A stretch of 64,000 nucleotides of DNA from Methanobacteriota archaeon. Its GTDB lineage: Archaea > Thermoplasmatota > Thermoplasmata > SG8-5 > JAGLSY01. A model generated the notes under the pieces. That model ran no database searches. It saw nothing but the letters and a program-made list of their open reading frames with translations, and was not told the origin of the DNA. This document shows positions 18,959-27,471 of the stretch, in pieces. The position numbers and the translations under genes are program-made. Location of the stretch: contig JAEHCQ010000004.1 of assembly GCA_020696385.1 (NCBI GenBank), positions 32,001 to 96,000 on the forward strand, written 5' to 3'. Each line of letters starts with the position of its first letter. Positions within the stretch are counted from its first letter, which is position 1.

Positions 18959-19697
18959 AACTACCAGTATAGGTGTTGCGGAATTGGACAAATCCCTAAT
19001 GAATGGAGTTCCAAGAGGATACACTATTCTGGTCACTGGCACTCCCGGAACTGGCGTCGAGCTCTTTGCCAAACAGTTCGCAGCAGCTGGCATTGGAAAG
19101 GAGAATGTCACATACTTCTCCACCACTGAAAGTGACGAAGCTGTGAAGAATGCCATGAAGGAGTTCGGATGGAAGCAGGATATAAGGGTCGTGAACATTG
19201 GCAAGATGTACTATGAAAAAGTTCTGGCCAAGAATCTCGAGGTCAGCAAGTATCGCCAGGAAGGATTGAAGATGCGTGATATCAAGCAATTCAATGCCAG
19301 CCAGGCCGAGCAAAGCCAGGATGTCAATTTCCTTACTACTCTGACTTATGGTATATCGAAGCTCAAGCCTCCTTTTAGAATTGTTCTGGATTCTCTGGAT
19401 TTCTTTCTTGAATATTATGATGAACCCGATGTGCTCTCCGCTATCAGGACCATCAAGGCACATACTCATCTCAATAATGGCATAGCTCTTGTCACCATGC
19501 TGAAAGGTGTCTTTGACAATCGGGTGGAAAGCGGTGTCCAGGATATTGTGGATATCACGATAGAGATCGAAAGACTGAGAGAGGGATCGGAATTCAAGAG
19601 GAACATATTGATCAGAAAAGTAAGGAATCATCCAGAGAAAACAAAGATCCTTTCATGTCACATCGATGAAAAGGGTATATCTGCGAAAACCCTATGA
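18951..19697 (+). CDS. KaiC-like protein with a degenerate Walker A
   Basis: GVPRGYTILVTGTPGTGVE (Lys and Thr lost), IVLDSLD, IRKVRN. Confidence 0.85.
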   Translation: MAETTSIGVAELDKSLMNGVPRGYTILVTGTPGTGVELFAKQFAAAGIGKENVTYFSTTESDEAVKNAMKEFGWKQDIRVVNIGKMYYEKVLAKNLEVSKYRQEGLKMRDIKQFNASQAEQSQDVNFLTTLTYGISKLKPPFRIVLDSLDFFLEYYDEPDVLSAIRTIKAHTHLNNGIALVTMLKGVFDNRVESGVQDIVDITIEIERLREGSEFKRNILIRKVRNHPEKTKILSCHIDEKGISAKTL

Positions 19698-19753
19698 CGC
19701 CTGTAACTCGTCAATAGACGTATATGCATACGGCAATAGACGAAATATTTTAA

Positions 19754-19767
19754 GAAAAGTATAAATA
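19754..19767 (+). promoter_or_regulatory. BRE/TATA box of the first pilin gene
   Basis: GAAAAGTATAAATA about 70 nt upstream of the ATG, followed by an AGGAGG RBS. Confidence 0.55.
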
Positions 19768-19833
19768 TATTGAACTTGTAATCCAATATCACGTAAATCT
19801 TAACTCAGGTTTTGATTTACAGGAGGACGAAAC

Positions 19834-20349
19834 ATGAAAAACACATGGAATATAAGAAAGAAGGAAGACGCAGTGTCTCCAGTTATCGCTACCATTTTGA
19901 TGGTCGCAATAACTGTGGTATTGGCTGCTGTGCTCTATGTTATGGTCATAGGGTTCGGCGGTGACGGTAGCTCCACCCCAGCAGGGTCATGGAATGCAGC
20001 CGCTGCAGACTCTCAGACTGAAGGAACATTGACCTTTGGTGCCTTTACAACAGATGTTGCACCATTGGACTTGAAAATATTCGTTAAAGCTAACGGAACA
20101 GCACTAGGTGAGATATCATTCACACAAAACACACTATCACCTCAGCCGCTCACATGGGTAGCTGGTGCACCTGCAACTGCAGTATACACAGATTATAATG
20201 CAGCTAACGGTGAGGTAAACTCTGGTGATTACATAACATTCACCGGTCTCAGTGCAGGAACCACTTACTCATTTGAAGTGTTCCACATTCCGTCTGATGC
20301 AACAGTCTCCATGACTGGTACAAACGGCCAGTTCCAGACACCAGCATAG
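19834..20349 (+). CDS. Archaeal type IV pilin (class III signal peptide), probably the major pilin
   Basis: RKKEDA/VSPVIATILMVAITVVLAAVLYV; strong RBS and its own terminator. Confidence 0.92.
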   Translation: MKNTWNIRKKEDAVSPVIATILMVAITVVLAAVLYVMVIGFGGDGSSTPAGSWNAAAADSQTEGTLTFGAFTTDVAPLDLKIFVKANGTALGEISFTQNTLSPQPLTWVAGAPATAVYTDYNAANGEVNSGDYITFTGLSAGTTYSFEVFHIPSDATVSMTGTNGQFQTPA

Positions 20350-20376
20350 ATAATCTAAGCTAGACGATTTGGACAA

Positions 20377-20417
20377 TGTGAGCCTTAACCGGCTCACACT
20401 CTTTTCCTTTTTCTTTT
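20377..20417 (+). terminator. Hairpin plus oligo-T terminator after pilin 1
   Basis: TGTGAGCC-TTAACC-GGCTCACA followed by CTCTTTTCCTTTTTCTTTT. Confidence 0.75.
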
Positions 20418-20810
20418 AAAATTCTCTCTTCTTAGAGGGTGTTATGTATTTTAGAAAGATTGACCTCCCCGCCATTCTAACGGGGTTTCGAATATAGAAC
20501 TGTCACTCGTCGAGATATAGAACATAGTACCCCGCCCCTGTATTTTTCGGGATTGCTCCGCCTGGCGCATATTACTGAACGGCTTCGCAACCTTCGAAAT
20601 TCGGGATATTTCGTCGAATATATGACGAATTTCTTCAGGCGGGGCATGTTCGCATACAAATGCCTTGCATGGACATCGCCTTGCATTCTGATGCCTCGCT
20701 TACACATTGCCACAGATTGCCAGCCTATTAGTAATAAAAATGTGTTTTAATATCGAAACGGTTTTATATAACTAACACATCTGTAGTATGTGGCACAGGG
20801 AAGTGTAAAT

Positions 20811-21332
20811 ATGAGATATAATCAATTCATTAGAGAGAAGGCAGGAGTTTCTCCTATCATAGCGACGATATTGATGGTAGCTGTCACGGTCGTTCTAGCC
20901 AGTGTTCTTTATGTCATGATAGTCGGTATGGGAAGTGGCTCTGCCGATCTTGCACCTCTAGGAATATGGTCATCCTCGGATATCACAGGGAATACCACAG
21001 CTACATACACTTTTGGCAGCTTCAGTTATGATGTCATACCAATAGATATCAAGATCATTGTGCAGGAAGGCGATAATCAGACCTTCACCGAGTTCACAGG
21101 GAGATTGCAGAACAAAACAACCCCTATGTTCTTGACAGGCAATAATACGGATACAATGAGCATCACTTATCAGGATAATAACTGGGGGGCCAATACTATA
21201 GGTGGTGGTGATAAACTATTCATCAGTGGTCTACAGCCAGATACTGTCTACACTGTCAGGGTATTTCACAAACCATCTGATCAGATCATACAGATGACCG
21301 GCGATAGCAGTTCTATCCAGACCCTTCCATAA
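20811..21332 (+). CDS. Archaeal type IV pilin, paralogue of pilin 1
   Basis: REKAG/VSPIIATILMVAVTVVLASVLYV; C-terminus VFHKPSD..QMTG matches pilin 1 VFHIPSD..SMTG. Confidence 0.9.
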   Translation: MRYNQFIREKAGVSPIIATILMVAVTVVLASVLYVMIVGMGSGSADLAPLGIWSSSDITGNTTATYTFGSFSYDVIPIDIKIIVQEGDNQTFTEFTGRLQNKTTPMFLTGNNTDTMSITYQDNNWGANTIGGGDKLFISGLQPDTVYTVRVFHKPSDQIIQMTGDSSSIQTLP

Positions 21333-21472
21333 TGTCTACTGTGAGCCATTATATTTGATATATGCTTAGTGAGAGTATTTTCAAGTTCAAATATCTCACA
21401 ATATTGAATTTACAGCCACAATCATTAAATATCAATCCATCCTATTTTGGATAATACAGAAAAGTGATCTAT

Positions 21473-21868
21473 ATGAAAGTAAGAAGCGGCCACATAAAAT
21501 TTGACAAGGGTGTTCAATACAAGGATTTCATACCCATATTCTCGGAGATGTACCTCAAGTTCCTGGAAGACACTGACCAGACTCCCGAAGAGGAAGAGGT
21601 AGTGCACATGATGATCAAGGAGAATCTCATCGACCTGGAGAGGAACAAGAAGCCAGAGGGCTACAATCGCCAGGGGCGCATGAGAATGATATTCCCTATC
21701 CAGGAAGAGAAAGAGGAACTGGAAGTTTACATCTACGGTCATTACCACTCAGCCAAATCACTGGAAGTGGCCAGGGTCACTGAATCCATGAGTAGATTTC
21801 TGAAAAGCAAGGGCTTTGAGAATGATGTGGACTGGGACAAGATGTTGATCCACAAATATAAGAAGTGA
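21473..21868 (+). CDS. Hypothetical protein
   Basis: ORF with host codon usage; contains NKKPEGYNRQGRMRMIFP. Confidence 0.7.
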   Translation: MKVRSGHIKFDKGVQYKDFIPIFSEMYLKFLEDTDQTPEEEEVVHMMIKENLIDLERNKKPEGYNRQGRMRMIFPIQEEKEELEVYIYGHYHSAKSLEVARVTESMSRFLKSKGFENDVDWDKMLIHKYKK

Positions 21869-21902
21869 TGATCTGTATATTCCTGCTGACCGTACACATC
21901 CA

Positions 21903-22460
21903 TCATAGCTCAACAGTTACAACATCCGAGTAGACCGGACCTTTTGGTGTAAGCTCGGACTTCTTCAAAATGATCTTCTCGACCTTAAGTGTGGTGAACT
22001 CAGAGCTCTCGAACCTTTTGACGGTTTCCGGCAAGCCGATCGTATCGAGTGTGTTCCCCACCCTCGCGATAGTGATATGAGGTGAGAACTTCCTTCTTTC
22101 CTGACGGAAGCCCATCATGGTCAAGCCGTCGTCCAGCTTCTCCGCGATATTGGACAAGATCTCTGTGTTCTCAAGGCCAGCCCATACCACCGATATCCTT
22201 TCGTAATTGGGAAACACACCAGTACCTTTCAGGTCCATTTCAAAGGGCTCATGTCCTTCGACAGCCTTCCTCATAAAGCTCTCGATCTCCGGGACCAATT
22301 CCTCGTCGATATCACCCAGGAACTTCAAGGTGATGTGAAGGCTGTCCAGCTTTACGAACTTAAGATCTGAATCTATCTCTCTCAAAGCCTTAACGAACTT
22401 CAAGAGCTCAGGAACGCGGCCTATATCGATAGCAATAAAACTCCTTATTTTATCATTCAT
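21903..22460 (-). CDS. thpR: RNA 2',3'-cyclic phosphodiesterase (2H / LigT family)
   Basis: RSFIAI, HITLKFLG and PHITIAR 2H motifs, KSELTPKGPVY. Confidence 0.92.
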   Translation of the reverse strand: MNDKIRSFIAIDIGRVPELLKFVKALREIDSDLKFVKLDSLHITLKFLGDIDEELVPEIESFMRKAVEGHEPFEMDLKGTGVFPNYERISVVWAGLENTEILSNIAEKLDDGLTMMGFRQERRKFSPHITIARVGNTLDTIGLPETVKRFESSEFTTLKVEKIILKKSELTPKGPVYSDVVTVEL

Positions 22461-22474
22461 ATCTCAAACCTCCA

Positions 22475-23158
22475 TCAATCAGATACAATCGTGCCGTGGA
22501 AATCATTTCCAAGTATGGCTTTCTCCAGTTCCACCAGCTCACGGCCGTGCACTATCCGGGTCTCTATACCAGATCGTGCAATTATCTTCGCGCCCAGTGG
22601 ATCGAAAACAACATTTGGCCCCGCGCCACCTTCCACCTGGAGGCAGATACGCACCAGCTCGGAAAAGCTCACGGTTGGAAGCCTCTTTGCATCCGGATCC
22701 TTCTTCGGATCGGATGTATAAACGCCATCCACAGAAGTAGCATTGATCAATCTGACAGCTCCAACACGCTCACCCAGCATGGCGGAGACCGCATCCGTCG
22801 TGTGGCCCGGATGCGTACCGCCCATTATCACGATGTCGTGGTTCTTAGCAGCCATGATGGCCTCGTCAAAACTAACAGCTGGAACATGATAAGCGCTGTC
22901 CCCAAGTGCGGTTATCAGCATCCTGGCATTGAGCCTCGTGACAGCAATTCCCACATCATCCAGATAGGATTCATCAGCTCCAAGGTCCCGCCCCAGTCTG
23001 ATATAATATCTGGCTATTCGACCACCACCAACGACGATGAATAATTTCGCATCCTTCTTGATCCTCAGAAGCATGTCTGCCAGTTCCTTTATGTAAGAGG
23101 TATCATGGTCATCGGGGACCAGTATCGAGCCGCCTATTGAGATAACTACATTTTCCAT
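22475..23158 (-). CDS. pyrH: UMP kinase
   Basis: VVISIGGS, VVGGGRIARYY, GGTHPGHTTDAV, VDGVYTSDPK; start at MENVV (23158). Confidence 0.95.
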   Translation of the reverse strand: MENVVISIGGSILVPDDHDTSYIKELADMLLRIKKDAKLFIVVGGGRIARYYIRLGRDLGADESYLDDVGIAVTRLNARMLITALGDSAYHVPAVSFDEAIMAAKNHDIVIMGGTHPGHTTDAVSAMLGERVGAVRLINATSVDGVYTSDPKKDPDAKRLPTVSFSELVRICLQVEGGAGPNVVFDPLGAKIIARSGIETRIVHGRELVELEKAILGNDFHGTIVSD

Positions 23159-23291
23159 ATTATCGCATGAACAATTCGCCATCAATATTTCATACTTGCT
23201 ATTGAAAATGAGTAAGAGAGTGCTCAAACTCAAACATATAAAATATATAAAGGTGGATACCTTGTGCCCGATATAACACCGAGGACGATAC

Positions 23292-24515
23292 ATGGCGAAG
23301 CCAGATGCATTAGCGAGATACGAGTTCAAGCGACAGATCAGAGAGATCCAGAGCATCAAGGGTAGAGCGACCGAGCTGATATCCCTCCATATCCCGCAGA
23401 AGAAGATGGTGCACGATGTCGTATCATACCTCAGGAACGAGGCCTCCCAGTCATCCAATATCAAGTCCAGAACAACAAAGAAGAACGTGTCCTGGGCCAT
23501 CGAGTCCATAATGGGACGATTGAAGAATTTTAAACAGGTGCCTGAAAACGGCCTGGCTTTCTTCGTCGGGCACAAGGCCGCAGGCGGGGATCAGACAGTT
23601 GCTGTTAGTTTTATCATCGAGCCGCCGGAGCCAATCACCACTTTTCTTTACAGATGCGATTCGTATTTTTACCTGGACGCTCTGGAAGACATGCTTATTG
23701 AAAAGGAAACCCTGGGCCTCATAGTGATCGACAGGAGCGAGGCAACCATCGGTATCCTGAATGGCAAAAGACTCCAGGTGGTCAAGAACATCCAATCCCG
23801 AATTATGGGCAAGCACCGGCAAGGTGGCCAGTCCGCCCAGAGGTTCGAAAGATTGATCGAAATATCAGCCCATGAGTATTACAAGAAGGTTGCTGGCATC
23901 GCGGATGACGCTTTCCTGGAGATCGAAGGCCTGAAAGGCATTATCCTTGGTGGACCAGGAAGTACCAAGAATTTCTTCGCGGATAAGAATTATCTCAATC
24001 ACTCATTAAACAGTAAAATATTGAACACTTTCGACACTGGCTATACTGACGAATACGGTCTGAAGGAGCTCTTGGAAAATGCCACATTGACCCTGAAGGA
24101 CATGGACATATCGAAGGAAAAGGAGCTGATGCGAAGGTTCATGGACGAGCTTCGCAAGCCAGACGGTGGCCTTGCGGCTTATGGAGAGGTCGAGGTATAT
24201 GACGCTCTGAATGCCGGGGCGGTGGACGTCCTGATGGTATCTGAAGGAGTGGCTAGATACCGGGTGAAATACACCTGCAAGGATTGCGGCGTATCCGGTC
24301 AGGTAATGATCAATGACCCCAATCAGATAAAATGCAAAAAATGCTCTGGGGATGTGGCCATAGATGAGGAAGCGGATGTCATAGAGGGGCTTTATGTCAA
24401 TGCCGAAGGCTATGGCTCGACAGTGGAATTAATTTCAATGGATTCGGAAGAAGGAGAGATGCTCATGAAGGCCTTCAATGGGCTGGCAGCAATTCTCCGA
24501 TACAAGGTGGGATAG
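23292..24515 (+). CDS. prf1: Peptide chain release factor aRF1
   Basis: GRATELISL, NIKS, YRCD, GKHRQGGQSAQRF; zinc ribbon in domain 3. Confidence 0.97.
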   Translation: MAKPDALARYEFKRQIREIQSIKGRATELISLHIPQKKMVHDVVSYLRNEASQSSNIKSRTTKKNVSWAIESIMGRLKNFKQVPENGLAFFVGHKAAGGDQTVAVSFIIEPPEPITTFLYRCDSYFYLDALEDMLIEKETLGLIVIDRSEATIGILNGKRLQVVKNIQSRIMGKHRQGGQSAQRFERLIEISAHEYYKKVAGIADDAFLEIEGLKGIILGGPGSTKNFFADKNYLNHSLNSKILNTFDTGYTDEYGLKELLENATLTLKDMDISKEKELMRRFMDELRKPDGGLAAYGEVEVYDALNAGAVDVLMVSEGVARYRVKYTCKDCGVSGQVMINDPNQIKCKKCSGDVAIDEEADVIEGLYVNAEGYGSTVELISMDSEEGEMLMKAFNGLAAILRYKVG

Positions 24516-24517
24516 AT

Positions 24518-26308
24518 ATGGGAACGTGGCCTGAGTTCTATAAATATATGGCAAAATTCGATCCATTATATATATTCGAGAAAGAAGCTAAAGATCAGAT
24601 GAGAATGGTTTTGAATTCCTTAGGTGCAGAAGAAGATTTACTCTTACCTGGATTGAAGCTTCACCAGCACAGTGATTATGCCTTCGTTTGCTTCGCAACA
24701 GCTGGACCACTGGGTATGAAGCCGCAGGAGCTGGCCGAGAAATTGGTGGCTGGCATTGGTGACAATCCTCTATTTGAAAAGATCGAGAATGTGGGCCCTT
24801 ACGTTAATTTTTACATAGATAGGAAAGAACTGGCATTAAGAACAATGGAAATGGTGACCAGGACTAAGGACAGATACGGTTCCTTCGATATGGAAGGACA
24901 GCCACCGAAGGTCATCCTGGAGCATACCAGCGCGAATCCAACTGGCCCGCTTCATGTCGGCCGGGCCAGGAATCCGATAATCGGAGACACGATGGCGCGT
25001 ATCCTCCGGAAAAGAGGATACGATCTGGATGTTCAATTCTATGTCGATGATATGGGTAAACAGCTTGTTATCCTCACCTGGGGACATGAGAATATCACTG
25101 GGTTGGATGTCGAATCCGACAGGGCGGATCACAAGTTCGTCAAGTACTACCAGGAAGCCAATCGGCTCATGGAAGAGGATACCAGCATCAATGAGGAGAT
25201 CAATAAGCTCATCTCCATCTATGAGGAAGATGGAGATGCCGAAATATCCAAAAAGGTCAGGAAGAACTGCGAGGATATTCTGGATGGAATGCTAGCCCCG
25301 ATGAGACGACTGGATGTTCATTACGATTCTTTCGCATGGGAATCCAAGTACGTGAGGGATGGAAGTGTCAAGCAGGTCATCGACAAGCTTCGCGCCAGTG
25401 AATTCACTGGCGAGGATGAAGGAGCTTTATTCCTGGACCTTTCCCATGAGCAGCTTAACAAGGCTGGCAGGGAGAATAAACTGTTCCTGACAAGAAGCGA
25501 TGGAACTTCACTTTACACAACTCGAGACATAGGCTATCATCTTGAGAAGCTGGCGAACTCGAATATCGCCATCAATGTACTCGGCGAGGACCACAAGCTC
25601 AAGGCCTGGGCTGTCAATGCCTGCCTACAGATCCTTGAGAAGGGATCTGTAGATATCAGTTCCTGTGATTCAGACCCAGTCGAGATATTATTCTACGCCT
25701 TTGTCTCACTTCCAGAGGGCAAGATGTCCACCCGGAAGGGCCACGTGGTCTACATGGACGACCTTATCGAGGAGGCCGTGTCCCGGGCACTGGATGAAGT
25801 GGAGAAGAAAAGGCCGGAGCTTCCGGATGAGATCAAACACGGCATCGCGGAGATCGTGGGTGTCGGTGCCATACGCTACAATATAATCCGGGTGCAGGCG
25901 GAAAAGCAGATGACCTTCAAATGGGAGGAGGCCATGAATTTTGAAGGGAACAGTGCGCCCTTCATTCAATATTCCCATGCCAGGGCGAGCAGTATTCTGA
26001 GAAAGACAACACCGCCTGAGAATTTCGATCCCGGACTTTTGGTACATGATTCCGAGCTCGATCTGATCAAAACACTGGCCAAATTCCCTTCCCTTATATT
26101 CAAATGCGCGGATGACAGAACACCGCATATCATAGCTTCATACGCTTATGAGCTGGCATCCCTCTTCAATCAATTTTACAGGGATTGTCCCGTGCTTAGC
26201 GCGGAAGAAGATATCATGGGATCGAGGCTTAATTTGGTAAAATGCTCGAAGATGGTACTTCAGAACGCGCTGAACACATTGGGAATTGTGGCCCCTGAGG
26301 AAATGTAA
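24518..26308 (+). CDS. argS: Arginine--tRNA ligase
   Basis: EHTSANPTGPLHVGRAR, KMSTRKG, QYSHARASSIL, GIVAPEEM end. Confidence 0.97.
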   Translation: MGTWPEFYKYMAKFDPLYIFEKEAKDQMRMVLNSLGAEEDLLLPGLKLHQHSDYAFVCFATAGPLGMKPQELAEKLVAGIGDNPLFEKIENVGPYVNFYIDRKELALRTMEMVTRTKDRYGSFDMEGQPPKVILEHTSANPTGPLHVGRARNPIIGDTMARILRKRGYDLDVQFYVDDMGKQLVILTWGHENITGLDVESDRADHKFVKYYQEANRLMEEDTSINEEINKLISIYEEDGDAEISKKVRKNCEDILDGMLAPMRRLDVHYDSFAWESKYVRDGSVKQVIDKLRASEFTGEDEGALFLDLSHEQLNKAGRENKLFLTRSDGTSLYTTRDIGYHLEKLANSNIAINVLGEDHKLKAWAVNACLQILEKGSVDISSCDSDPVEILFYAFVSLPEGKMSTRKGHVVYMDDLIEEAVSRALDEVEKKRPELPDEIKHGIAEIVGVGAIRYNIIRVQAEKQMTFKWEEAMNFEGNSAPFIQYSHARASSILRKTTPPENFDPGLLVHDSELDLIKTLAKFPSLIFKCADDRTPHIIASYAYELASLFNQFYRDCPVLSAEEDIMGSRLNLVKCSKMVLQNALNTLGIVAPEEM

Positions 26309-26416
26309 GCTGGCTTTAGGCTAGTATGTTCTATTATCACCTATTCCTCCCACCAGGCTCCGCCCCCACCTCGAATCATAATTGAATACACCCACCCACG
26401 AGTTTTGAATGATATT

Positions 26417-26495
26417 GATGGGGTTTTCTAATCGCCTAGATTCTTTCTAATCGCCTATAATATGTATATCACTAGCGATTAGAAAAACTAATACG
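26417..26495. repeat. Dispersed palindromic element, copy B, with an internal duplication
   Basis: TTTCTAATCGCCTA twice, then inverted GCGATTAGAAA; flanks match 5877-5935. Confidence 0.65.
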
Positions 26496-26526
26496 CATAT
26501 ATTTATTATATTTTCAGAGTATTTGT

Positions 26527-27471
26527 TTATATTTGTAATCCATCACGGGATATGCCAGCGATCATCGCTACATGTCCCTTTTCTCTGATCATGCTGGCCA
26601 GTTCTTCCGGCTCATTGGTCAATGCCGCTACATAAGCATGACTTTCCGATACGCACAGCCTCACTCCGTATGCCCGGGACCTGCAAGTCTTGGCCAGAAC
26701 TTTTAGTTCTGGCGTGTACATGCCCATTATCTTCGTCAACTTGTCAGTCTCATTCATGGCATGCCCCACACCTGCCATGTCCCCGCGCTTCAAAGCCTCC
26801 AGACCTTGCTTCGCAAGCTTTGCAGAATCCTTGTACATGTCCTTAATGAATCCACCCTGACGTCTGGCAATACTATCGATCTTTCCAGACATATTCCTGC
26901 TTGCTACATTTTCATTGAGGAATCCAAGGACAAAGGTCATATCCGGCACATCCAGATGATGGATATGAACCGCCTTCTTCCCCTCTCCGATGCTCCATAG
27001 ATGGCCTTCCCCGATATCATTGGACGATACCGTGCCATATCCATTAATGGCAGTGGACAATTCCAGTATTCCCGCCCTGCTCTTGTTCTCTTTCAATACA
27101 GCATGGCCTTTCAGAACAATATCCTCGAACATGAGATTGTCATTCATGATCGAAAGGGAACCCAGAGCTGAAGCGATGTGCGCGGACCTATACCCACTTA
27201 CATTGCCCGGCACTTCTATATCATCGATCTCAAATGCGACTGGAGTATCGATATCACTCCAGCCATTCAGTAGAGCCGCCCTCACATAGGGAAATCTATT
27301 CCTATCATAGATATCACCATTTACCATGAAGCTGTCAGATATCTGTGTCTCGCATCTTATTCGCTTATCCAGTGCGACCCCGACGGACGTACCTCCATGC
27401 TCATGAAGATCATATCCCAATATCGTAAGATTGCAGGGCGCTGAGGCGGAAGCTCTTTTGCTCGAGCTCAT
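26527..27471 (-). CDS. Mevalonate-kinase-like GHMP-fold protein with degenerate catalytic motifs
   Basis: ASAPCNLTILG (cf. SAPGKxxLxGEH), VPGNVSGYRSA (cf. PxGxGLGSSAA), YGVRLCVSES (cf. GAKLTGAGGGG); ATGA overlap with the upstream gene. Confidence 0.75.
   Translation of the reverse strand: MSSSKRASASAPCNLTILGYDLHEHGGTSVGVALDKRIRCETQISDSFMVNGDIYDRNRFPYVRAALLNGWSDIDTPVAFEIDDIEVPGNVSGYRSAHIASALGSLSIMNDNLMFEDIVLKGHAVLKENKSRAGILELSTAINGYGTVSSNDIGEGHLWSIGEGKKAVHIHHLDVPDMTFVLGFLNENVASRNMSGKIDSIARRQGGFIKDMYKDSAKLAKQGLEALKRGDMAGVGHAMNETDKLTKIMGMYTPELKVLAKTCRSRAYGVRLCVSESHAYVAALTNEPEELASMIREKGHVAMIAGISRDGLQI

Noticed and set aside
7738-19697. Circadian kaiABC clock
   Set aside because: All are single KaiC-like domains without the Ser-Thr phosphosite pair, and no KaiA or KaiB is seen
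20477-20750. Short ORFs on both strands between the pilins
   Set aside because: No RBS, atypical composition and no recognisable motifs
22475-23575. 366-aa ORF-track version of pyrH
   Set aside because: The N-terminal extension runs antisense through aRF1 and the divergent promoter; UMP kinase homology starts at 23158
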